The notes under the pieces are model-generated. The model did no database searches. It was given only the letters and a program-made list of their open reading frames with translations, and had not been told where the DNA came from. A stretch of DNA of 52,745 nt, taken from assembly GCA_016181275.1 (NCBI GenBank), contig JACOZQ010000024.1, positions 661 to 53,405 of the forward strand. The letters are read 5' to 3'. Made by a program: the position numbers and the translations under genes. Below, one piece after another: positions 22,746 to 30,845 of the stretch. The DNA is from Candidatus Woesearchaeota archaeon (GTDB lineage Archaea; Nanobdellota; Nanobdellia; SCGC-AAA011-G17; ARS1403). Each line of letters begins with the position of its first letter. The stretch's first letter is position 1.

Positions 22746-25700
22746 ATGGGGATAGAATTTATTGAAAAGCCTTACAAGGCGAAGGAAGTTGAAAGCATCC
22801 TGCACCCTTTTGTTAGAGAGTGGTTTTTTAAAAAATTTAAAGAATTTTCTCTTCCCCAATTATATGGCGTTTTGGAAATTCATAATGGAAACAATGTTCT
22901 TGTAAGCGCTCCAACAGGAGCTACTAAAACGTTAACTGCTTTCCTTGCTATTTTAAATGAACTAGTTACATTAGCATCTGAAGAAAAATTGGAAGACAAA
23001 GTTTATTGTGTATATGCCTCACCACTTAAGGCACTCACAAATGATATTTCTTACAATTTAGTCACTCCCTTAAATGAGATTAATGAAATTGCTAAAAAAC
23101 ACGGAAAAAAATTTGATATTAGAATCGGCCTGAGAACAGGAGATACTTCTGCAAGCGACAGGGCTAAAATGAGCAAGAAAACGCCGCATATTTTTGTGAC
23201 AACGCCAGAATCATTAGCAATAGTTCTGACTACAACTAAATTCAGAGAATATATGAAAGATGTAAAATACTGCATCATTGATGAGATTCATGCTCTTGCT
23301 GAAAACAAAAGAGGAGTTCATTTATCCTTATCAATTGAAAGACTAAGACAGCTGACTGGGAAAAATTTCTGCAGAATCGGCTTGAGTGCTACTGTATCTC
23401 CACTGAAAGAGATTGCTCAATACTTAGTTGGATCTGAAAATGACTGCAAGATTGCTGACGTCCAGTTCATAAAAAAAATGGATCTAAAAGTTTTGAGCCC
23501 TGTAAAAGACCTGATTAATACAAGTTATAATGAGCAGAACAGGGCGATGTATGAGCTGATTAATAATTTAATCCAGGAGCATAAAACTACCTTAATTTTT
23601 ACGAATACAAGAGCTGCAACTGAAAGAGTTGTGCATTACTTGAAAGAAAAATTTCCTAAAAACTATTCTGAAAACATCGGAGCTCATCACGGCAGCTTGT
23701 CAAAAGAAAGCAGATTAAATCTTGAAAACAGATTGAGAAAAGGTGAATTAAAAGTTGTTGTATGTTTAGAAGGAAATACAAAAGTTTTAGACGATAAAGG
23801 CAACTGGATTAAAATTAAAGATATTGATGAGAGAAAGGTGGCAAGTTTGGGAAATAATTTTAAACTCAATAATAACAAAGTAATTACTAAAATAACAAAA
23901 GAGAATAAAGATAATCTAGTAAAAATAAAAACTTCTTTAGGAAAGGAAATAATTTGCACAAAAGAACATAAATTTTTGACTATAAATAAGAAAGGAGATG
24001 TTGAATGGAAAGAGACTAAAGATTTTAATGAAGGCGATCCAATTGCTACAATTAGAAAATATAACTACAAACCACTAACAAGAAAAGAACTTAATAATTT
24101 AGCTTTAGAAAATTATCCCGATGATGGCTATCTTGGATTAAAAAAAGAATTCTTAGATAAAATTAAAAGTAAAATAATAAAAAGATACGGAGAAATTAAA
24201 ATTTATTGGTTAAATGGGGTAAAAGGCAAACTTTCATATTCTACATTTTTACAAGATTTAAGAGGAAACCATTTGTTTAGGATAGAGATTATAAAAAAAA
24301 TCATTAAAGACTTAAAAATTAGAGATAATCAATTATGGAAAAATATAGTTTGTTTCTCTTCTGATAAATATAAGGCCCCAAAGTTGGAAATTAATAGTGA
24401 TATAATGAGATTATTAGGTTTTATGTCAGCAGAAGGCTACATATCACCCAGAGCTTTATATATCTCAAGTAGAAATAAAAAACTATTGGATTATTACTCA
24501 AAACTTATAAAAAAACTTTCTGGAAAAGAGCCATTTAAAAAATTAAGCTCAAGTGGAACTCCTATTTTTTCTTGGGAATCTATATTTTTATCTAAATTTT
24601 TACAGAATATTGGTTTTAAGAAAGGAAGAAAAGCAAGGATTAACAATATCCCCAAATTTGTCTTTTCGTTAAATACCCCTCTTGTCTTTAGCTTTCTTTC
24701 TGCATATCTCGATGGGGATGGTTTTTCAGATACAAAAAAAGATGGAAGAACCCATTCTATTGGTTTTTCAACAACAAGCAAAGAAATGGCAGAAGATTTA
24801 ACAAGATTATTGTTAAGAGAGGGAATATTAGCTTCAATTAGAGGAAAATATATTGATGAAAGACCTCAATTATTAGATGGTGGAATTATTGTTAAAAAAG
24901 GCTGGTTTTATGAAGTGGTAGTTATTGGCGGGAAAAATCTGAGGTTATTTGCTAAACATATAAGCCCCATGAGAGAAAATTTAATAAATGCAAAAATGAC
25001 AATAACTTCAGAAGGATATTCAAATTTGGATACAATCCCAAATCTTGGCATAAAATTAAGAAAAATAAGAAAAGAAATCGGAGTCTCAACATACAAATTA
25101 TATAAAAATAATAAGTTAGACCCAACTAAATATGAGCTTAATAATAGGAGCATATCTAGAAAACAACTATCTAGATTGTTATCCGTATATCATATTGACG
25201 AGGATTCATTGAATAATCTATCCAATTCTGATATATTTTGGGAAAAAATAAAATCTAAAGAAAAAGCTGGAAAAGATGAATCCGTTTATAATATCGAAGT
25301 GGAAAACGAGCATAATTATATCGCAAATGGATTTATAACAAAAAATTGTTCTACTTCACTCGAGCTGGGAATTGATATTGGCTTCATTGACCTAGTTATT
25401 TTGCTTGGAAGTCCTAAGAGCGTTGCCAGATGCCTTCAAAGAATTGGAAGAAGTGGACATAAACTTCATGAGACTGCCAAAGGTAGAATAATTGTTCTTG
25501 ATAGAGATGATCTTGTTGAATGCTCTGTGATGCTGAAAAGTGCAATTGAAAGAAAAATTGATACGATTCATATTCCTAAAAACTGCCTTGATGTTTTATC
25601 TCAGCAAATTTATGGTATTGCTATTGCTGATAGAATTAGCTATGATGATTTGTTCAAGATGATAAAAAGAAGCTACTGCTATAAAGATCTTGAGAAGAAA

Positions 25701-26927
25701 GACTTTGATGAAGTGCTTAATTATTTATCTGGAGAATATACCTCATTAGAAGACAGGTATGTTTATGCTAAAATCTGGTGGGACAAAGAAACAGGAATGA
25801 TTGGAAGAAAAGGAAAACTTTCCAGAATAATTTACATGACAAACATCGGAACAATACCTGATGAGACTCATGTAACTGTTAAAGTCGGCGAGCAGATAAT
25901 AGGTCATATTGATGAAGCTTTTCTTGAAAGATTAAAGAGAAGAGATGTGTTTGTTCTAGGCGGGGATAGATATGAATTTCAGTTTGCCCGCGGCATGGTA
26001 GCTCAAGTCAAATCAACTGCTGATCGTCCTCCAACAATTCCAAGCTGGTTTTCCGAGATGCTACCATTGAGCTTTGATCTTGGCATGGAGATTGGAAGAT
26101 TCAGAAGACTAATTGAAGAAAAATTTGATAAGAAAAAAAACAAAGATGAAATTTTAAAATTTATTGATGAATATTTATACGTCGACAAAACCGGAGCTGA
26201 AGCAATTTATAATTACTTCAACCAGATGTATTTGTATTGCGGTGATATTCCTAATGACAAGAAAATAATAATTGAGCATTATAACGCATATAATAAAAAA
26301 TTCATTGTCTTTCACACATTATATGGAAGGAGAGTAAACGATGTATTGAGCAGAGCTGTTGCTTACCTCGTCGGCTTGATCGGAAAAAGAGATATTGAGA
26401 TTGGAATAAATGACAATGGCTTTTATCTTGCAAGCGAAGACAAGATGCAGGTCAAGAGAGCATTTGATTCTCTAAAATCCAAAGATTTGGACAGGATTAT
26501 GGAAATTGCTCTTGATAAAACAGAAGTATTGAGAAGAAGATTCAGGCATTGCGCCGGCAGGAGTTTAATGATATTAAGAACTTACAAAGGAAGGACTAAA
26601 AGGGTCGGAAGGCAGCAAGTCAGCTCAATGCTGCTGATAAGCGCTGTAAGAAGAATCTCAAATGATTTTCCTATTTTGAAAGAAGCAAGAAGAGAGGTGT
26701 TGGAAGATTTAATGGACGTTGTAAACGCCAAAAGAATAATTATTGATCTTGAAAATGGAAAGATAAAAGTAAAAGAAATTGATACTAGAATTCCTAGCCC
26801 ATTTGCATTTAATTTAGTTTTGCAGGGCTATACGGATATATTCAAGATGGAAGACAAGGCTGAGTTCTTGCAGAGGATGCATAATCTTGTTCTTGCAAAG
26901 ATTGGGCAGAAGAGTGAGATTAATTAA
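22746..26927 (+). CDS. lhr: Lhr-type DEAD/DEAH-box helicase, interrupted by an intein
   Basis: Motif I is APTGATKT and motif II is DEIH, followed by SAT. After the intein come STSLELGIDIG and QRIGRSGH, then a DEAD-associated C-terminal region (RRRFRHCAGRSLMILR). Confidence 0.85.
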   Translation: MGIEFIEKPYKAKEVESILHPFVREWFFKKFKEFSLPQLYGVLEIHNGNNVLVSAPTGATKTLTAFLAILNELVTLASEEKLEDKVYCVYASPLKALTNDISYNLVTPLNEINEIAKKHGKKFDIRIGLRTGDTSASDRAKMSKKTPHIFVTTPESLAIVLTTTKFREYMKDVKYCIIDEIHALAENKRGVHLSLSIERLRQLTGKNFCRIGLSATVSPLKEIAQYLVGSENDCKIADVQFIKKMDLKVLSPVKDLINTSYNEQNRAMYELINNLIQEHKTTLIFTNTRAATERVVHYLKEKFPKNYSENIGAHHGSLSKESRLNLENRLRKGELKVVVCLEGNTKVLDDKGNWIKIKDIDERKVASLGNNFKLNNNKVITKITKENKDNLVKIKTSLGKEIICTKEHKFLTINKKGDVEWKETKDFNEGDPIATIRKYNYKPLTRKELNNLALENYPDDGYLGLKKEFLDKIKSKIIKRYGEIKIYWLNGVKGKLSYSTFLQDLRGNHLFRIEIIKKIIKDLKIRDNQLWKNIVCFSSDKYKAPKLEINSDIMRLLGFMSAEGYISPRALYISSRNKKLLDYYSKLIKKLSGKEPFKKLSSSGTPIFSWESIFLSKFLQNIGFKKGRKARINNIPKFVFSLNTPLVFSFLSAYLDGDGFSDTKKDGRTHSIGFSTTSKEMAEDLTRLLLREGILASIRGKYIDERPQLLDGGIIVKKGWFYEVVVIGGKNLRLFAKHISPMRENLINAKMTITSEGYSNLDTIPNLGIKLRKIRKEIGVSTYKLYKNNKLDPTKYELNNRSISRKQLSRLLSVYHIDEDSLNNLSNSDIFWEKIKSKEKAGKDESVYNIEVENEHNYIANGFITKNCSTSLELGIDIGFIDLVILLGSPKSVARCLQRIGRSGHKLHETAKGRIIVLDRDDLVECSVMLKSAIERKIDTIHIPKNCLDVLSQQIYGIAIADRISYDDLFKMIKRSYCYKDLEKKDFDEVLNYLSGEYTSLEDRYVYAKIWWDKETGMIGRKGKLSRIIYMTNIGTIPDETHVTVKVGEQIIGHIDEAFLERLKRRDVFVLGGDRYEFQFARGMVAQVKSTADRPPTIPSWFSEMLPLSFDLGMEIGRFRRLIEEKFDKKKNKDEILKFIDEYLYVDKTGAEAIYNYFNQMYLYCGDIPNDKKIIIEHYNAYNKKFIVFHTLYGRRVNDVLSRAVAYLVGLIGKRDIEIGINDNGFYLASEDKMQVKRAFDSLKSKDLDRIMEIALDKTEVLRRRFRHCAGRSLMILRTYKGRTKRVGRQQVSSMLLISAVRRISNDFPILKEARREVLEDLMDVVNAKRIIIDLENGKIKVKEIDTRIPSPFAFNLVLQGYTDIFKMEDKAEFLQRMHNLVLAKIGQKSEIN
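23763..25346 (+). mobile_element. 528-aa intein with a LAGLIDADG homing-endonuclease domain
   Basis: - It starts at Cys1 (CLEGNTKVL).
- Block B is TKEH.
- LAGLIDADG motifs are LLGFMSAEGYI and FLSAYLDGDGFS.
- Blocks F and G are VYNIEVENEHNYIANGFITKN.
- The +1 residue is Cys at 25347.

Removing it restores ...ELKVVV-CSTSLELGIDIG, the conserved helicase motif context. Confidence 0.85.
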
Positions 26928-26928
26928 T

Positions 26929-27180
26929 TTAATTTTCATAAATATCTTTTCTGTGCCCTATTTTTAGAATGTAAACTGCTTGAGCAGATTCATCAACATC
27001 AATTATCAATCTGTAATCACCAACCCTTAATTTAAAACCTTTAATATTTTCTAAATGCTCAAGAAAACGAAATGGGTTATCCTTGCATTGCTGTAGTTTT
27101 TTCCAGATCCTTTCCTTTTTATCTTTCTCAAGTTTATTTAAGAAATCAATAGCTCTCTTATCAAATTTTAATTCATACAT
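26929..27180 (-). CDS. RelE/ParE-superfamily toxin
   Basis: The size and the C-terminal pattern KGFKLRVGDYRLIIDVDESAQAVYILKIGHRKDIY fit the family. It lies 2 nt downstream of its partner ORF. Confidence 0.75.
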   Translation of the reverse strand: MYELKFDKRAIDFLNKLEKDKKERIWKKLQQCKDNPFRFLEHLENIKGFKLRVGDYRLIIDVDESAQAVYILKIGHRKDIYEN

Positions 27181-27182
27181 TT

Positions 27183-27425
27183 TTAAAAACCAAGAATTTT
27201 TTTAGCTTCATCTTCTGTATAAAATTCGCCTTTTCGAATCCTTTCTCTAGCTTCTTTTATTTCGAGAATAGTTTTTTGACTTAATCTTGGCTCTTTTTCA
27301 GCTAGTTTAACTAAATAGATAAGTTTTCTGACTAGTTCATCATAACTTTCGCTTTTATATTGTTTAAAAGCATCCAGTTCTAATTTTGTTTTTTGATTAA
27401 GTCTTATTGTTGTTTCCATATACAA
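27183..27425 (-). CDS. Putative antitoxin of the RelE-like toxin
   Basis: This is an 80-aa ORF immediately upstream of the toxin on the same strand. It has a helical, charged composition. The call rests mainly on position. Confidence 0.55.
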   Translation of the reverse strand: MYMETTIRLNQKTKLELDAFKQYKSESYDELVRKLIYLVKLAEKEPRLSQKTILEIKEARERIRKGEFYTEDEAKKILGF

Positions 27426-27511
27426 AGGTATACCAATGTAGATTTTATAAATGTTTTGGTTTTAAAATTATGACTAAAATATTTAAATAATAACCATTTT
27501 TCTAAAAATTT

Positions 27512-27841
27512 ATGAAAGAACAATCATTGTTCATAGAATTTATAGGAGATTCTCCTAAAATAAGGATTATAGACTATTTATTAACAATGGGATAGTTAGA
27601 TTTTTCTATTACAGATATGGTTGAAAATGCTGGGATTGGAAGGGCTACTTTATACCGGATATGGGATAATTTGATTAAATATAATGTAATTATCCATACG
27701 AGGTATATTGGTAAGGCTAAATTATTTAAATTAAATTCTGAAAATGAAAAGATTCAAAAGTTAAAGGAAATTTATGATATGTTAGCCATTGAGGATTTAA
27801 AGAAAAGAGTTGAAAAACAAAAAGTTAAATTAAGTGGTTAA
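27512..27841 (+). pseudogene. Winged-helix transcriptional regulator interrupted by an in-frame TAG
   Basis: ATG 27512 opens MKEQSLFIEFIGDSPKIRIIDYLLTMG, then TAG at 27593-27595. The same frame continues as LDFSITDMVENAGIGRATLYRIWDNLIKYNVI... The two parts together look like one continuous archaeal wHTH protein. The ORF track reports only the part from 27617. Confidence 0.55.
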
Positions 27842-27908
27842 TTAGTTGTTTCTTAGTAGTAGTTACAAATAGAAAGATTTATAAAGCGATTTTATCCTAC
27901 TTTATAGT

Positions 27909-28049
27909 ATGAAAAAGAAACTTAGCATCACAATAAATGAAAATAAAATTAAAAAATTAGAGAGATTAATAGAAAGTGGAAGATTTAGAAATAAATCTCA
28001 TTTAATTGAATACTGCCTTGATAAATTCTTGAAAGGAGAGGAAAAATGA
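27909..28049 (+). CDS. Ribbon-helix-helix (CopG-like) protein, 46 aa
   Basis: This ORF is below the ORF-track cutoff. The product is MKKKLSITINENKIKKLERLIESGRFRNKSHLIEYCLDKFLKGEEK, with a beta-strand-helix-helix pattern. Its stop overlaps the next start (ATGA at 28046-28049). Confidence 0.65.
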   Translation: MKKKLSITINENKIKKLERLIESGRFRNKSHLIEYCLDKFLKGEEK

Positions 28050-28285
28050 ATCTATCAGATAAAATTAATTTAGAAAAAGTCCAAATAATTGGCGACGAAG
28101 AAGATTTCTATAGAGTAAAATATGGTGATCAGGAATACCAAATAGCAAAATCTGATGAAACAAGTTTTGAAATAAATCATTCCCCTATTCCAAGCCATGG
28201 GCTAAGATTAGAACAAAGAATAGATACACTCCCCAGTATGTCAATATTTCAAGATGAATCTGCTCCTGAAGAATATAGGGAGTGA
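28046..28285 (+). CDS. Hypothetical protein (79 aa), middle gene of an RHH-led cassette
   Basis: It is translationally coupled on both sides. No motif was recognised. Confidence 0.5.
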   Translation: MNLSDKINLEKVQIIGDEEDFYRVKYGDQEYQIAKSDETSFEINHSPIPSHGLRLEQRIDTLPSMSIFQDESAPEEYRE

Positions 28286-28899
28286 TGGTCTTTCATGAAT
28301 TAAGAGAGATTGAGTATAGGGAGGCAGATTTTGATGATGCACATGAAAGAGCGGTTAATGATGAAATTTTATATGTGCTAAAGCATCTTGGAGAAAATAA
28401 ATTAGAAGATTATTTGGCTTTTGCTGAAAATTATAGGATGATAAAAGCTGAAGAAAAATTAGAAAGTGTTGAAGAAAATAATGTGCAACAGATACCGGAA
28501 AAAGAAATTCGATATGGGGATTGGGGGACTATTGAATTAACTTATCTTGGTCGGAATGTTAAAATATTACTCAATGATGAAGATTATTCTTTGTTTGTGG
28601 GGATATTTTATCCGTGGGGTCAGGAGATATATGACGCTGATTTAAAATCGCTAAAAGTAATAAACTATGGATTTGAAAGAAGGGAGAGGGGAGCAATGCC
28701 TAATACCCCCCAATATGATGCAGAGATAAAAGAACATTTGACTAAACTTGCATTAGATTTTGATGGGAAATTAATTTATGTCGAAAATAATGGATACATT
28801 CGTGATCCAATTGAAGGATTACCTCAGAATGTTAAAATATTATTTAGAGATCCAGAAGAAAATTTAATAGAAAGGACTTTATTGGAAATTCAATCTTAA
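28285..28899 (+). CDS. Hypothetical protein (~204 aa), third gene of the RHH-led cassette
   Basis: ATG 28285 overlaps the upstream TGA (TGATG). No family was recognised. The N-terminus is FHELREIEYREADFDDAHERAV. Confidence 0.5.
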   Translation: MVFHELREIEYREADFDDAHERAVNDEILYVLKHLGENKLEDYLAFAENYRMIKAEEKLESVEENNVQQIPEKEIRYGDWGTIELTYLGRNVKILLNDEDYSLFVGIFYPWGQEIYDADLKSLKVINYGFERRERGAMPNTPQYDAEIKEHLTKLALDFDGKLIYVENNGYIRDPIEGLPQNVKILFRDPEENLIERTLLEIQS

Positions 28900-29062
28900 A
28901 CCTCCAAACAACTGTGTAGTATCATGACATTTGTCACTATCTATTTTATGATTAGATTATCTTTTTAGGTTAATTTTTATTTTCTGATTTTCAGATATCA
29001 AAAAGATAGTAATTTCAAGTTACCGAAGATTTAAATAACAAAATACTAAAACTTTTTAGGGG

Positions 29063-29076
29063 GTGACATATGTCAC
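29063..29076. promoter_or_regulatory. Perfect 14-bp palindrome GTGACATATGTCAC near the predicted transcription start of the helicase operon
   Basis: It lies about 30 nt downstream of the TATA-like ATTTAAATA (29029-29037). A related imperfect copy, ATGACATTTGTCAC, is at 28924-28937. Palindromes of this length are expected by chance a few times in an AT-rich window of this size. Confidence 0.3.
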
Positions 29077-29221
29077 TTTATTGCACACTCCAAACAAAAC
29101 CCAAAGCCTTAAATAGGGCAAAAATAGACAATAATACATAAGCATAGAAGAGAAAGCACTTGCTTAACAAAAATTAACATTTCGCTTTTTCTCAAACAAG
29201 TGCTATTAAAAAGGTAAAATA

Positions 29222-30484
29222 ATGAAATTTGAAAATTTAGACATAAGTATTGACTTATTAAAAACAATACAAAAGTTAGGTTATAATGAACCTACTGAAA
29301 TTCAAGAAAAAAGCATTCCGCTTATTTTAAGAAGAAAAGATGTAATTGGTGAGAGCGCTACTGGTTCTGGAAAAACATTGGCTTTTGGCTGTGGTATTTT
29401 AGATCAAGTAACTCCAAATAAAGGATTGCAGGCATTAGTTTTGGTTCCTACAAGGGAGCTTGCCGAGCAGGTAAAAGAATCACTAAACAGTTTTTCTGAA
29501 AGAAGAAAAATAAAAGCCATTGCAGTATATGGCGGCGTTGCGATAAATCCACAGATGACTGCTCTGAAAAGAACAGAAGTTGTTGTTGCAACACCCGGAA
29601 GATTGCTTGATCACATGAAGCAGAGAACGGTGAATCTTACTGGAATAAAAATCTTGGTTTTAGATGAAGCTGACAGAATGCTTGACATGGGATTCATAAA
29701 ATATGTTGAGAGAATAATACAAAGCTGCCCGAGAAAAAGACAGACTTTATTTTTTTCTGCAACAATATCTTCAGAGATAAAAAATCTTGCTGATAAATAC
29801 ATGCAAAACCCTATTAGAGTTTCAGCTAAAAAACTAGTTGATCCAAGTAAATTAAAACAGATTTATTTCAATGCTTCAAGAGGATTAAAATTACCCTTGC
29901 TGGTTAGTCTATTAAAAAATGAAAGAACAGGATTAGTAATGGTTTTCTGCAACACCAGATTTAATACTGATTTCGTTGTCAAGAATTTGAGATTAAATGA
30001 AGTCGATGCCCTTGCAATTCACGGCGGACTTACCCAGAGCAAAAGAAGCAAGATGATGAGCTCATTCAGCAATTCCAAAATCGGAGTATTGGTCTGCACT
30101 GATGTAGCATCAAGAGGATTGCACATAGAAAATGTTTCCCATATTTATAATTATGAAATTCCAAAAGATTCAAAAGATTATATCCATAGAATAGGCAGGA
30201 CTGCAAGAGCTGGAGAAAGCGGAAAGGTAATCAATCTGCTTTCTGAACAAGACCATGATAATTTTGCAAGGGTCAGGAGAGATTACAGCTCATTCAATAT
30301 TGAAAAAGTAGACATGCCAAAATTAGATAGAATAGTTATCTCCAAAAGAGAGATCTTCAGGCCAAGCAATGGAAGCAATGGATTTCATAAAAATGGATTT
30401 AGTAAAAATAGGTTCCATAAAAACAAAAACAAAAGAGATGATAGAAGAGATAATTTCAGAAGGAATCATGATTCAAGATGGTAG
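29222..30484 (+). CDS. DEAD-box ATP-dependent RNA helicase with a basic C-terminal tail
   Basis: The Q motif context, SATGSGKT, PTRELA, DEAD, SAT and HRIGRTARAG are all present. The tail is rich in R/N/K/F. Confidence 0.9.
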   Translation: MKFENLDISIDLLKTIQKLGYNEPTEIQEKSIPLILRRKDVIGESATGSGKTLAFGCGILDQVTPNKGLQALVLVPTRELAEQVKESLNSFSERRKIKAIAVYGGVAINPQMTALKRTEVVVATPGRLLDHMKQRTVNLTGIKILVLDEADRMLDMGFIKYVERIIQSCPRKRQTLFFSATISSEIKNLADKYMQNPIRVSAKKLVDPSKLKQIYFNASRGLKLPLLVSLLKNERTGLVMVFCNTRFNTDFVVKNLRLNEVDALAIHGGLTQSKRSKMMSSFSNSKIGVLVCTDVASRGLHIENVSHIYNYEIPKDSKDYIHRIGRTARAGESGKVINLLSEQDHDNFARVRRDYSSFNIEKVDMPKLDRIVISKREIFRPSNGSNGFHKNGFSKNRFHKNKNKRDDRRDNFRRNHDSRW

Positions 30485-30600
30485 AGTATAACTTGATAAA
30501 ATTTTGCAGGCGTTGCAGGGCAAGATTCGTAGTCGGAAGAAGAGAATCAAAAAGATTTTACTGCGACAAATGCGAAAAAATCAAAGACAAGGAGGACTAA
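30478..30600 (+). CDS. Small zinc-ribbon protein, 40 aa
   Basis: This ORF is below the ORF-track cutoff. The product is MVEYNLIKFCRRCRARFVVGRRESKRFYCDKCEKIKDKED, with two CxxC pairs. Its start overlaps the helicase stop, and its stop lies 1 nt before the csp ATG. Confidence 0.5.
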   Translation: MVEYNLIKFCRRCRARFVVGRRESKRFYCDKCEKIKDKED

Positions 30601-30601
30601 A

Positions 30602-30796
30602 ATGAAAGGAACTGTAAAGTTTTTTAACGACATGAAAGGCTTTGGATTCATAACAGGCGATGACGGAAAAGATTATTTTGTTCATCAGACTGGATTGAAA
30701 GCTGGAGTTGCTTTGAATGAAAACGACAAAGTTAAATTTGATGTAGAGCAAGGCGACAGAGGCCCAAAAGCTGTCAACGTTGAATTGGATAAATAA
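30602..30796 (+). CDS. Cold-shock protein, CspA family
   Basis: GTVKFFNDMKGFGFI and DYFVHQTGL are present. The 64-aa length is canonical. AAGGAGG at 30590-30596 precedes the ATG. Confidence 0.9.
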   Translation: MKGTVKFFNDMKGFGFITGDDGKDYFVHQTGLKAGVALNENDKVKFDVEQGDRGPKAVNVELDK

Positions 30797-30845
30797 TAAT
30801 CTTACAAAGGAATGCTTAAAAAGTTGTTTTTCTTAGATTTATTTA

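Noticed and set aside
27427-27434. The GGTATACC palindrome next to the start of the RelE-partner gene, considered as an operator.
   Set aside because: An 8-bp palindrome is far too frequent by chance to support a call.
27593-27595. Genome-wide reassignment of TAG to a sense codon as an explanation for the in-frame TAG.
   Set aside because: TAG ends several ORFs in this window at positions consistent with full-length domain architectures: the surface protein at 8752, the DEAD helicase at 30484, the HExxH protein at 32692, the PIN-like protein at 33355 and the DGSHR protein at 37544.
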